From: Octopus sinensis
Taxonomy: Eukaryota
Assembly: GCF_006345805.1 (NCBI RefSeq)
Contig: NC_042998.1
Span: 177,010,001-177,074,000 of the forward strand
Length of the DNA: 64,000 nt
Direction: 5' to 3'
The stretch's first letter is position 1; the number at the start of each line of letters is the position of its first letter. A program made the position numbers and the translations under genes. The notes beneath the pieces were generated by a model that was given only the letters and a program-made list of their open reading frames with translations, was not told where the DNA came from and made no database searches. This document shows positions 1 through 12,689 of this stretch, piece by piece.

Positions 1-29
1 TATATTAATATATATATTCCTGCTTCATA

Positions 30-1320
30 AGAAGAGTGATAAAAGAAGATTTTAAAAACTACTGCCTCGATAAGCTGTTTACAAAGGTGATTGTCACTAA
101 GACTATAAAAACACCTCGACGACCAACAGCAGAAATAACGAGCAGGTTTCTGTGAGGATGTTAGGCCACATATTCACTGTAACATGGCTCATAGTACGAG
201 CGAAAGATAACTAGCTTCCTCTGTGTTTCGCTTTTTTGGATTACGGAAAGGTCTTCGATAGCGTCGAGGTGAAAGCAGTGTTGAAATCTCTGGGAATGGA
301 ACGTGTCGAGGCGCAATACATCAAAGTGTGCAGAGATACGGACTCTGAATGCGCAACAGATATAGCTCTGTCAGGGTCCCAACTGAGAGGAGTGTCAAGC
401 AAGAAGATACAATTTCTCCAAAGCTCTTTACCATTTACAATTTACAAAGCTCTTTACAATTTCTCCAAAGCTCTATATCTAGAAATGGTCGTCAGGGAAA
501 TCGAGTGGGCACGAACATTTGATTGTGAACATCAATGCTGAACAACTAACACTCTTCGGCTTCGAAGATGGCATTGTACTCATCTCTGAAACTATAGATC
601 AGCTGCAGCTCATGCTGAGAGCTGAATGCTCAGAGCTTAGCAGTAGGTCTTAAAATGAACCACATGGAAATACGATATATGCAGTCGGAAGATGTAGCCG
701 AAGGCCGGATAGAGGTGAAAAGCGATGATATCGAGATGGTAAAGGAGTACTTCTACTTAGGGCGCACAATGAATTTGCGACGAGATGTGGATGCTGAAAT
801 CTCAAAGAGAATAGGGGCAGGATGAAAGGCAGTTAACTCAATAAAGGATGTACTCCAAACAAAGCTAGACAATGCCAAATGTGCCAAACTCTTCAACAGC
901 ATCTTCCTACCTGTGTTCTTATATTCAGGTGAGATGTAGGGTAGTACAAATAGAATAAAATGTCGATTGGCTACGACGCAAAGAGCAAAGGAAAGATCAA
1001 TGCTAGGAATATCACTGAGAGCACATTTGAAATGAGATAATTCGAGAACGGAGTGGAGTGAACGGTGTGATGGCAGAGTACCGTAAGCACAAGATCCACT
1101 GGGCCGGATATGGCGCAAGGCTCAGAGACAACAGGTGGAGCCGTGCAGTTACCGAGTGATATGTAAAAATTCAGAAAAAACCTCTTGGAAGGCCCCACCC
1201 CACGACGGTGGGAAGACGATTTAGTCAACCAATTTCAGTTAAGATGGAAAAGAATGATGCAATCAAGACATACATGGAAGCGCATTGTAATCAGTGGTGT
1301 ATAACAGCATTTGATAGTGT
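30..1320 (+). mobile_element. Decayed RTE-clade LINE, RT domain to 3' end
   Basis: Interrupted motifs in order: DYGKVFDSVE, FEDGIVL (cf. FADDIVL), GLKMNH, EYFYLG, AEISKRIGAG, KLFNSIFLPVFLYSGE, TQRAKERSMLGISL, WAGYGAR, PLGRP..RWED; many stops and frameshifts. Confidence 0.9.
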
Positions 1321-1466
1321 GATATTGATATATATATATATTATTCATTTTGTCTTCTGCCGGTTATTAGATTGCAGCCATACGGTGGCGCCGCCTTTAG
1401 GAGATTAGGACAGCATATCGATTCCAGTAATTGCTTTTAAGTAGCATAAACACACTATATACACAC

Positions 1467-1474
<8 letters not shown>

Positions 1475-1527
<53 letters not shown>

Positions 1528-1575
1528 TGGAGAGAAAGAGAGAGAGAGAAAGAGAGGGAGAAAGAGAGACAGACA
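1475..1575. repeat. (TG)n/(AG)n microsatellite
   Basis: Direct reading. Confidence 0.95.
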
Positions 1576-1768
1576 AAGAAAAGGGATGGGTAAAAACGAT
1601 GGGCTTCAATACTGTCATCAAATTTCGCTCAAGACATTAATCACTTCGAGGCTAGTAGAAGACATTTGTCTATAGTTTTACGTAGTGCAATCAAACGCGG
1701 AACCATATGGCTACAAAGCGAAATTGTTAACCATACAGCCTTGCCTGCACCAATGTTACTGATATGTC

Positions 1769-1878
1769 TTTTTAGATTCACACCTCAGTGAAGCGACTTG
1801 TTATACTTCGTACACCGAGACTGTGTATTCAAGTTTATCCATGTCAAATTTTCAATGATATGAAAATAAGGATGGAAA
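1769..1878 (-). mobile_element. ~110-bp retroposed 3'-end fragment, copy 1 (second copy 5542-5652)
   Basis: ~90% identical to 5542-5652; T5 run at left end (oligo-A on minus); CTCAGTG...CACCGAG stem. Confidence 0.65.
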
Positions 1879-2799
1879 GCAGCTGTTTAATTTTTCTTAA
1901 AAGTTTACCAGCGTAATCGAACAGTAGACGAATTATATTGTAGAAAGATTATATCTTAGATTTCATCTCTTAGTTAAAATTGTTTACTTCTTGAAGTAAA
2001 GTGAAAAATAATAGATAACAACTTTCAAGGTTGAAGAAGTAATAAGTGTATAACAAAGAATACAGCTTTCAGAGATGTTGCTACCAAAGAACTGGTACTA
2101 CATGTGTGCACTTTTACACTATCTAAAGAAGAATCAAATGTTTCAAACAAAATACGATTTCAGAAGAAATTACATATTTCATGGTTCTCTGTAAACTTTC
2201 ACCCATCTAACAATCCTCAAACTAACCGTTCAACTTCCACGGATAATCATAGTACTGAATTATTACAGTTGTTCTTTAAACTTAAATAAACGCTCATCAA
2301 CTAAACCAAGAAGCAAAGACGCTCCAGTCGTACTCACTTCGATTTTTGGCCACCATAAAATACTTCAATGTAGAGCTTGTAGCCACGGGCACTTGTTCAT
2401 CTCGGGGGACAGAATTTATCTAGTGACATTGAAGGAACATACATTTCTTCATAGCCATCAGATTTCGGTTCTTTTAACTCTTGCTCAGCACCTCACTTCC
2501 CCAGTGATGAATAATCTGACCCCGATTTCTATCCCAAACGGCAATAGTCCACGGACCAGCCCTTTTAATCCAAAACCACCTGGTGTTTTTTTTTTCTTCT
2601 GCAGTTTCACTTGCAGATTGGATGGCCTTCTTACTTACCATCCAGGGGGAAAACCCATTCTGTTGAGGAGTTTGCAGAATAAGCATCCTTCATGCAAAGC
2701 CTCTATATCCCAATTCTACAGGCTCATAAAATTCTCCAGCTTCCGTTCTGATCACACTTTCTCTCTTTGACTGCAAATACACTCTTCCTAGGGAACTGC

Positions 2800-4100
2800 C
2801 GGTTTCAGCATAGTCATTTGTTTTGTTGTGTCAGAGATTTGATAATCCTATCTGGCAGCACCGATGTTGCTACGATGCCGTGAAATCAGCAGCTGTCTCG
2901 CCAAATTGATTTCCTAAGGCTTTTCTCGCTGTTTTGAAGAATCTAAATGAAGATGTAAATTTGACTAACAATGCTTGTTGTGTTTTCTAAAATACGACAG
3001 ACATGTTAGATATTTCACATAAATTTATAGAATGTCCAAGGCAATAAATTTCGAGAGTTTAGAATTATAAATCCTTCGCTCTAATATTAATTCCTTTCCC
3101 AATATATTGTTTGCTCCATCGAATACTTTCGCTTTTAACTGAGACAAAGAAAGTTGTAAATGAAATAATCCACCTCGAATAGCGAAAAATGGTGATATTA
3201 AGAAAATTGAGACTTTCTGAAATCCGAGGAAATCTTCAACTTTCAATGCTGGAATACTTAATTAAACAGGCAGAAGGTGTCACCTGTTTCCAATTAGCCA
3301 CAATCGTACTCATCAGCAATCAACGAAAGAAATGAACTTCTAAGAATATGCACAACTTCCATTTTAAGAATGTGTTTAGTCATATTGTGTATTAATTTAC
3401 TTTGGTAATCAGCGTATGAATATGATAGCATCAGATAATTTGTTTCCAGCAGTTTTGTCAAGCAGTGATCACCTTTGCTTCATGAGTTTGAAAAGCAACG
3501 ATTTGTCCACACGGATTCTGTATAAACAAATTCCATAATTTTCAAGAGGTATGTCCTTCCACTAGTGCGTTGTGAATCTTGAATCATTTCAAGAAAATAA
3601 TTACATTTGTGAATGATGATTTCAAACCAGAGAACGTATCTAAAACATTGCAATTGTTCATGAACGTTAAAAGAATTTTCATAATTTTTTGATAACTTTT
3701 AGAGATGAATGCAAGGTCTTAGTTTCTCTAATTTTCTCATTTAATTTTGAATAGCGCGTATGAAACAACAGTGTTGTTTTCTAATCTGTAGTGTAGCCAG
3801 TTGATTCTGGTTGGAGATTGAAACCTTGCCGATTGGTATAAACTGTCTGTGAGTCAGAGATAGTTGTTCAGTTGTTGTTACTTATGTCTAGACGAAATGG
3901 TTGTTTAATAACATCACTAATTGTTGTTACATTGTCGACAGACTTGGAAGAGTTAGAACCTTCACAATTATATGGTTCAGATACTTCAGCGGGAAATGAA
4001 ACGATTGATTATCGTGATGTTGTGGATTCGTGGAGTTGAACCAGAGGTCACATTACTCTCATTAGGATTGTAAGAATCTACTAATTCATTGCTATTTCGT
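2800..4100 (-). mobile_element. hAT-superfamily transposase remnant (TTF-type Zn finger + DUF4371-like core)
   Basis: Minus-strand motifs NWLHY (~3790), FLSLIADEYD (~3310-3330), VEDFLGF (~3230), VFDGANNILGK (~3095-3125); heavily disrupted. Confidence 0.75.
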
Positions 4101-4919
4101 CATTTGTGTTTTCTGCTGTATAAATGGGTAAAAATAAGAGAAAAAATTATTTAGATTAGTCATATCTGAGTCAATAAATTCTGTATGTACTGATTTCATG
4201 AATTATTCAGTCAAATACTAGGTGTATAGTAAAATTCATAACGCTCCAGTGTTGTGCGATATGTTTAGCTCTAATTCTGTAAATATTATGTACTGAGGTG
4301 AAGGAAACACTAATCATGATTCTGTACACAACGCTATTCATTACATAATGGGCAAAACTCTTATGTTGTCGCCAGATCTGCTAGAACTAGCAACCAAATT
4401 TAGAACAACATAACTAAATAAATTTTTTGAAAGTTATTTACCTCGTGGGACGAACAAGATATATTGAAGGCAAAGCCATCGACATAATTGAATGGCGGGT
4501 GAAAGATAAAAAGATGTTTAAATCGGACATGTGGAGAGTGAAGATGTTGAAATAAAAGAGAATCAAAGCAACGCTTTTTATTGAAATATATTGAAATAAA
4601 AAATTCTTAAATTGTAGAATTTAATTTACCCTAAACAAGGTGCAATGTTTGTATTTTGAATACATTTTCAAAAACAAAAGTCGTTGTTGAGATTAGAATA
4701 TGAATCGGACATTGTGTTAACAGCGATTAGAAACGCGATTGATGGTGTATCAAGATCTATAATAATTTCATAAATTATGACTGAAAATATAAAAGACGAG
4801 ATAGTTACAGCTAGGGTGCGTTTAATCATAGGTACTTGATCAAGGCTGACCTGGGGCTAACGAACAACAATAATAACAATTTCTATATCTCGAAAATCTG
4901 ACGAGTCTATTCGTGGTCG

Positions 4920-5930
4920 CTCATCCATCCATCCATCATCTACACTCAGCATTTCTGTGAAAATCGTTGGGGTAGAGTCCTCAAGCACCTCTTCTTATCA
5001 GAAGTAATTTTTCGGCTGGATTCCCAAGCGTGACCAACTGAAACTATGGTTATTACCCAACCATCTCGTTTTAGGTCTACCCCCGAAGTCTCCTGCCGGT
5101 TGGTTCGGCTTAAAGAATCCACCTTGTGATTTTTTCTTGTGACATTCTAATCACATATCCGTAGTACCAGAGCTGTATTCTCTGAATGCGAAGTAGCAGC
5201 TCGACCTAGAGAGACTCTCTGATCTAAGAGTTACGCACCTTGTCGAATAACGTTACTCCAGAAATCCTCCCGGAAGAACTCCATTTCGGCCACTCGTATG
5301 CGCGATCGTATACTTTCGGTTATTACCCAACATTCAAGATCATAGGTGGAGATAGGCACGAACACTGAATTGAAGATAGCGAGTTCGGTTATTTTCTTTA
5401 AAGCATCTCCTCTTCTGAGGCTCGAATGCTGAGACTGGAGCATTTCTATGCCAGCACCTGTAATTCTAGCACTCCACTCAACCTTTTGCCTCCCCTCATT
5501 CATGAATAGAGCTCCGAGATACTAACATGCAGAGTTACGTCTTTTTAGATTCACACCTCAGTGAAGCGACTTACTATACTTCGTACACTGAGACTGTGGA
5601 TTCAAGTTTATCCATGTCAAATTTTCTATGATATGAAAATAAGGATGGAAAACAGAGTTATGTCAGCACTGGGAAGACTTTCTCTACAGGACCAATGTCT
5701 CAGTCTTCGCAACATTAATTCTCACTCAGCAGCGAATCCATTCCGCACATGCTGGAGATCACATTTTTATGAGCCATGTAACACCATGTCGTCTACAAAT
5801 ATCAGCCTGGCGATCCTACACCCATCGATTGTGATAACACCACCACAAGAGTTGTACATGTCACTCCAGCTCAAATAGCTAGAAATACCATCCAGATTCC
5901 CCTTGTATGACATTCTAATGACTTAAAAAG
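4920..5930 (-). mobile_element. Decayed RTE LINE (Rex3/Expander-like) 3' part, interrupted at 5542-5652
   Basis: IARLIFVDDMVL, YLGALFMNEG, AIFNSVFVPISTYDLECWVITESIRSRIRVAEMEF, GRPKTRW; (GGAT)n tail at 4921-4938. Confidence 0.9.
5542..5652 (-). mobile_element. 111-bp insertion with 12-bp TSD inside the RTE
   Basis: Flanked by CAGAGTTACGTC (5530-5541) and CAGAGTTATGTC (5653-5664). Confidence 0.75.
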
Positions 5931-6394
5931 ACAAAGGTCACAGTTAAATTACTCCTAGATACCCATAAAAAAAAACGGAATGCCATTAATGGTCGGTTTA
6001 CTCCACCTTTGTTAACTTGAGGTTGAAGTAAAATAATAATAACTATAAAGTCTAACCAGCAATTTTCAATACATATCCTGTGCTATATATAATTTTCTCT
6101 ATCTAGCTACATTTCAGTTTAGTACCACGATGCTATACAAGTGCTGTTAACTACGATATATAGCTGTATTTTACGAAGCCACATTTCAATGTATTATACG
6201 ACTCAACAAGTGCCATTAACTATTATAGCTAATTACCTTACAAGCCACATTTCAATATATGTACTATCTTTACTCTACATGTACTATTAACTTCGATTTG
6301 TAACAACTTTGTCAAAATATAATCCAATATATGTATCGTGGTATTAGCCTTTGACTACTTAAACCATATTTCAATAGTATAATACTTCTGTACA

Positions 6395-6440
<46 letters not shown>

Positions 6441-7581
6441 CTCATATCTCATTGTACTTTGTCAACCATATTTTAATGTATATGCCATTCTTCGGTATAT
6501 GACAAATAAGAAATTATATCTAACTATAAAGAAATCATTTCTAAATTTTATCGCATCTCTTATTTTATCTGAACTGTCACTATTCACACTAGGTAGCTCT
6601 GAATACAAGAAGCTATCACTACCACTCCAAGAAAAGATAAATGGTGATGGGAGAGATAAATACATAGAGTTTTCAAAATGTTATCGTGGATTTGCAGCAC
6701 TGGGGAGTTTGCTGTTCCCAATTAAATAACCAACCGTTGATTTATGTAAGATATAATACAGATTCAAACAGTGGCTTGAATCTATTTATTGCACCTGTTG
6801 TAATAAATAAAATTTGAGCGATCAGTTAATAAGTTGTCTAATAGAGACATCGATATATTTTAGTAACATTGCATTTACTATGGGACAGCAAAAGCAATAG
6901 AGAGCTAAGCTAAGTAGTTTCCTTGATTTACTTCCATATTTCTTAAATTTCAATTCAAATTTGTCTCACAGATCCAGTGGTGGTTCGTGTATAGGAACTG
7001 GGGAACTGCAGCACCCTCTATTTCCACTCGATATCATCGATAACACTCAATATAATGAGTCTTATTTTCTTTAATTCTATCTTTATACTTGTACGTTATA
7101 TAATCCTTAAGCTTAATGCCAGTAGCCATCCTCTAGTTTATGAAAAAAGATACAAAAATCCTTGTATAGAACTGTGTGCTTCAGAGTTCCAGCGACGCGG
7201 TGTTTGGCCGTTGTGCGTATGCTCAAATGTCCGAGATAGGAAGCTTCAGACTAGGGAGAGAGAGCTCTGCGTGAACGACAGTGCCGGGTGAAAGGTAGTG
7301 TTTCTTTTTGATTTTGCGTTTGTTGTGCTTAAAAACGTGTTTATATTCTTGAATGTGATAAAGTGTAGAATTAGATTATTATCCCGCTTCCAGCTTCAGT
7401 GTTGCAGCCAGGATTTGAAAAATAGAGCACATTCCCCGCCCCCACTTATTTTGTGATTTAGGGGATAATTTTTGAAAAACAAGGGGGGAATTCGCGGCGA
7501 TGTTCAGTGAACAAATTAAACACACTACACAGCAGTGGCTAAAACGCAAACCGATCAAGTTTATGTCTCTTATCTTTCTTC

Positions 7582-7777
7582 TTTTATCTTTTACTTGTTT
7601 CAGTCATTTGACTGCGGCCATGCTGGAGCACCGCCTTTAGTCGAGCAAATCGACCTCAGAGCTTATTCTGTGTAAGCCTAGTACATATTCTATCGGTTTC
7701 TTTTGCCGAACCGCTGAGTTACGGGACCTAAACACACCAGCATCGGTTGTCAAGTGATGTTGGGGGAAACAAACACA

Positions 7778-7851
<74 letters not shown>

Positions 7852-8021
7852 CATACATATACGACGAGCTTCTTCTAGTTTCCGTCTACCAAATCCACTC
7901 ACAAGTCTTTAGTCGGCACGGGACTATAGTAGAATACACTTGCCTAAGGTGCCACGCAGTGGGACTAAACCCATGGCCATGTGGTTGATAAGCAAGCTAC
8001 TTACCACACAGCCACTCCTGC
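7582..8021 (-). mobile_element. SINE family B, full length (tRNA-like head, CCTTGGGCAAG CORE-like box, (TG/TA)n linker, CR1-like tail)
   Basis: Head TGGCTGTGTGGT...GGGTTTAGTCC on minus; matches 35840-36371, 60067-60468, 61336-61754. Confidence 0.9.
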
Positions 8022-8188
8022 AGCTATGTATAAATTTTCTTTTATATGTTTGTTTCCTTTTACACAATATTAAAACAACGGTTAAAAATCTTCTAAAGCA
8101 GCACCCCCACTAATTTTATCTATGAACCATCACTGCTCAAATCGCTTAGTCATCTTGTCAAGGCTAATATAATAAGTAATATATAAAT

Positions 8189-8325
8189 AGTTAAGAAGCT
8201 TGCTCTTGCAACCACGTAGTCTTACACTCAGTCTTACTGCGCGGCAACTTGGGCAAGTGTCTTCTCCAGCTAATGTCTTGTGAGTAGATTTGGTAGACGG
8301 TAGATTTTTAAAGAAGACCGTTGCA
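8189..8325 (+). mobile_element. Old SINE B head
   Basis: GTTAAGAAGCTTGC...CTTGGGCAAGTGTCTTC...GATTTGGTAGACGG. Confidence 0.75.
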
Positions 8326-8327
8326 TA

Positions 8328-8848
8328 CCGTAAATCCTCGAGTATAATCTGCCCTTGAGTATAATACGCAGCGGATTTTTAGGGTGGTGTACCTCTGAAA
8401 CACCTAAACCTTGTGTATAGTACGCACCCCTTCTCTAACTTGAATCGTGTGTAATTAAGCCAGCAGTGCCTAGTCAAACAAACACTTCCGCGCATGCGTA
8501 ATACAATAATGGTGGTGTTCTTAACTGTTATATGGGCATGTAAATATGTTTGTAAATTGTTTTTGTTACATGTTATTCTGTGTTCTGAATACTTTTATTT
8601 TAATAAATGTTGCTTACTGCAAGTTATGGATGATTCTTTTATGACTTCATTGCTTTCAGGATTAGCTTAAGGTATCCTCGCGCCCGACATCACAAAATGC
8701 GTCTGAATAAACATTGCCGGACAGCAAATAGAGACTCGGAAATTGCTTAGAAAATATTTTTCATTCTTAACCTTGTATATAGTACGCACTAGGGATTTTG
8801 ACCTTTAAATTTTGGGAAAAAATGCGGATTATACTCGAGGATTTACGG
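8328..8848. mobile_element. Tc1/mariner-type (pogo/Tigger-like) MITE
   Basis: 22-bp perfect TIR CCGTAAATCCTCGAGTATAATC; TA at both flanks (8326-8327, 8849-8850). Confidence 0.9.
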
Positions 8849-8940
8849 TATACACACACACACACACACACACCACACACACACACACATACACACACAT
8901 ACACACACACACACACACACACAACACACACACACACAAA

Positions 8941-8992
<52 letters not shown>

Positions 8993-9130
8993 CATGCATA
9001 CATATATAATGGATAGATATAGTTAACGAAATCAATTTTACACATTCTTTCGAAATTTGTATGACATTCAAAAAATGAAAAGACAAAAACAAAAAGCAAA
9101 AAACAAAAGAAAGAAATTATGTTACTTCTA

Positions 9131-9560
9131 GGATAGTGTGGTGGCAGAATCGCTAGAGCCACGGGCTTGATCCCATTTTGTTACATTTAAATATAAGTCT
9201 CGAAGTTCAAACCTCACCGAGGTCAACTTTGTTTTTTATTCGTTCAGAGTTAATAAAAAGTACCAATCCCAGATAATCGACTTATCCTTTCCACCACGAC
9301 CATCGCAGCCGATGACTTACCCCTATTCTTTCTGTTTGATAAACTACTACTCAAACTATCATTACTATTTCAGCTACTATTACTACAAGGATACTGGAGT
9401 GGTAGAATCACTGAAGCATCGGGAAAAATACCTTGCGACATTTTTTTCCCGGTTCCTTGCATTTAGGTTTCAAATACCGCCGAGATCAACGTTGCCTTTC
9501 ATTTCTCTGGAATCGATAAAATACCAGTCAAAAACTGGAATCGATATAATCGACCGTTCT
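9131..9560 (+). mobile_element. Two old SINE A-type copies (~9131-9290, ~9396-9560)
   Basis: Degenerate TGGCAGAATCG head, GTTCAAA-type B box, CCGAGGTCAACTTTG...AAGTACCA body. Confidence 0.7.
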
Positions 9561-9597
9561 CATTCTCTAAATTTCAGGCCTTGTTCCTGTGTTAGAA

Positions 9598-9598
<1 letters not shown>

Positions 9599-9650
<52 letters not shown>

Positions 9651-9753
9651 AGCCACTACCACCACCACTACTATTACTACTACTACCACTACCACCACCA
9701 CCACCACTACAACCACCACCACCACCACTACAACCACCACCACCACCACCACC

Positions 9754-9808
<55 letters not shown>

Positions 9809-10760
9809 GATCAGCTTTGAATCTAACAGACCAATGATCAAAGGAATCCTAATGTATGTAGGTGTTTACTATACAATGTATGGCTCCGTTTTTGAGATGA
9901 TAGTAATTTGAGAGAGATTTGGTAGTTATTTCTAAAAGGTCGAGCGATCATGTTTTTGCTAAGGGTTAAGAAACATCAAAAACACACATATGCTGAGCAT
10001 CACTTGTATTAAAGCTGGGGGGGGGGAGAAAAGGGTCTGTAAAGGTCATAGGCAGGTTCCTTGTCTTCAAATGAAGAAGGTCAACAACAACAACAACAAC
10101 GATAGGCGCAAACAGTCATAAGAACGACAATAACAATCACGACAACAACAGCAACTGCAACGGCAGGCACAACACCCATAAGCGTCAACAATCACAACAG
10201 CAACAACTACAACAACAACAACCAACAACAACAACAACAACAACAACTGTATCAACAAATGAGCAACAACAATGATTAAAACAATAACAATTATAAATTC
10301 ATAGGTCAACATGTGCGGCATGGCGCGGTGATTATATCTACTAGAAATAGCAGCTACCCTCTTATATAAGTATAGCAGACAATTGAGTGTTGTCCTCATA
10401 TTGTGACACATGACGGAATGCCATCTTAGGTCAACTTGATCAGGATTGACCTGGAGCGAGATAACATCAGTCACTACAACTACTACTACTACTACTACTA
10501 CTGCTGCTATGCAGTGGGATGGAACCCAGAACCATGTGGTTGGGAAGCAAACTTATTACTACACAGCCACGCCCACAATGACAATAACATCAGTAGCAAC
10601 AACAACAACAAGAACAACAGCTTCCAAACTGGCAGCAGCAATACGAACAACAATACCAAAAACAACAACTACAATAAATGTAAACAACAACAACAACAAA
10701 AACACAGACCAGTCAACGACGAAGCCTTTATATGTTTACTTGACCTCCCAGAAATGATAG
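9599..10760. repeat. (CTA)n/(CCA)n/(CAA)n microsatellite mosaic with embedded old repeats
   Basis: Direct reading; source of the poly-Y/H/T/V ORFs. Confidence 0.9.
10295..10475 (-). mobile_element. Old interspersed repeat family D; inverted copy at 18848-19028
   Basis: Reverse-complement similarity (~80%) to 18848-19028; related fragments near 4835, 9810, 52150. Confidence 0.65.
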
Positions 10761-10848
10761 GCAAATCACTTTCAATCACCACAATTCCCTTAAAATGACA
10801 TGGATAATGTGATACCAGTATACGATGAGATGGGCATGGTTGGAACAT

Positions 10849-11635
10849 TTTCTTTTCTGCTCTCGGCACAAAGCCTGAAATTTTTTGGGGGAGGGGTCCA
10901 GTCGATTAGATTTACCCCAGTACGCAACTGGTACTTAATTTATCGACCCCGAAAGGATGAAAAGCACCTCGGCGGAATTTGAACTCAGAATGTAAAGACA
11001 AACGAAATACCTATTTCTTTACTGCCCACAAGGGGCTAAACACAGAGGGGACAAACAAGGACAGACAGACGGATTAAGTCGATTATATCGACCCCAGGAC
11101 GTAACTGGTACTTATTTAATCGACCCCGAAAGGATGAAAGGCAAAGTCGACCTCGGCGGAATTTGAACTCAGAACGTAACAGCAGACGAAATACTGCTAA
11201 GCATTTCGCCCGGCGTGCTAACGTTTGTTATTTCTTTATTGACCACAAGGGGCTAAACATAGAGGGGACACACAAACGGATTAAGTCGATTATATCGATC
11301 CCAGTGCGTAACTGATACTTAATTTATCGACCCCGAAAAGATGAAAGGCAAAGTCAACCTCGGCGGAATTTGAACTCAGGACGTAACAGCAGACGAAATA
11401 CCTATTTCTTTATTACCCACAAGGGGCTAAACACAGAGGGGACAAACAAGGACAGACATAGGTATTAAGTCGATTACATCGACCCCAGTGCGTAACTGGT
11501 ACTTAATTTATCGATCCCGAAAGGATGAAAGGCAAAGTCGACCTCGGCGGAATTTGAACTCACAACGTAACGGCAGACGAAATACCGCGAAGCATTTCGC
11601 CCGGCATGCTAACGTTTCTGCCAGCTCGCCGCCTT
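10849..11635 (-). mobile_element. Tandem array of four SINE A units (A2 at 10853-11010; A1 at 11011-11227, 11228-11401, 11402-11636) in one TSD
   Basis: A box TGGCAGAAACGTT and B box GAGTTCAAATTCC on minus; flanking direct repeat ATGGTTGGAACAT at 10836-10848 and 11636-11648. Confidence 0.9.
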
Positions 11636-12689
11636 ATGGTTGGAACATATTTATTTATAAGTTTGGATAATCCTCGCATCGACGGAAACAACAAAAGCAC
11701 AGAGTAGTAGCAGAAGCGGTTGTATAAAAAATATCAAACAGCATCGATAGCATTAATAGTAGTAACAACAATATTAAGGAAGTCTACGAGTATAGACTAG
11801 AGGACTCTCTTGTGGAGGACTTTCAGGCCAGAAATTGTGGATGGCCGAGTTGGAAGCGCTAGCAACCTAACCTGCTCGTGACGTGCGCAGAGTGATGAAA
11901 CAGTCCGACATGTAATCATCCTTCAGTGTCCGCGTAATGCTGATTTGTGTGGGTATACGGCGAACATCGGTTATTCAGGGGGCAGATCTGTTTTTCAGCC
12001 GAGCCTACCGGGAAGATAGACTCATCGTCTTACTTCGACAACGAAAATAGAAAAAGAAAAGTGAATGTGTTGTTCTCTTGTGGCTATTGCGAATAAAGTT
12101 GTGTAGTGAGCATTGTTGAAAAGTTTGAGGTCAGAGCATTTTCTTTCAGACCCAACCCCTCGATTACAATTTCGCTAATGGACGAACACGTAGAATTCAA
12201 CGTGGGCGGTAGTGGTCGAAGACTTCGGGTTTTCAAAAATCTTCATTTCTCAATGGCTAGGATTCGCACTCATAGAAAAGGATGACCCGGATGAGCATTT
12301 ACAAAAAAACAAAAAAAAACCACTTTCGTGCGAATTCCGATCTCTGGTTGCGATCAAAGGCGGCCGCGAAGGTGAAGGAACATGAGATGAGCGCTGTTGA
12401 TGAGTGGGTCAATCTCATCCTTTCCCTACCCAGTTGCCGGGGGTGAGAGTAGCGAAACAGGATTGGATAAACGGGCTACTCTAAATATATAGATATACAT
12501 TATAGATTAGATGTTAGAACTGGTATAAGGCACTTGCCTTCGGTGTGTCAGAGTAATCTCGAGTTGTGTGCCGGGTTCCACCAATCTTAGTGTTGCCGCT
12601 CTTCTTTTGAGCTGGCTTTCATATTGTTTCTTATCCTGTGGTTCTCTGCTATTATTGTTATTTATTCTGTTATTAAGGTATCTTTTATC

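Noticed and set aside
2050-2480. piggyBac transposase remnant on minus
   Set aside because: Only vague motif resemblance; no TIR or TTAA ends.
1769-5652. The two 110-bp repeats as LTRs of one element
   Set aside because: The second copy has its own TSD inside an RTE, and the interior is unrelated hAT/RTE debris.
6975-7560. hAT-like terminus CAGTGGTGGTTCGTG and following sequence
   Set aside because: No matching right end or TSD found.
10849-11635. CRISPR-like array
   Set aside because: Units are ~170-235-bp SINE bodies with no unique spacers; eukaryotic context.
12385-12470. Hammerhead from TTGATGAG...CGAAAC
   Set aside because: Stem II cannot pair and stems I/III are missing.
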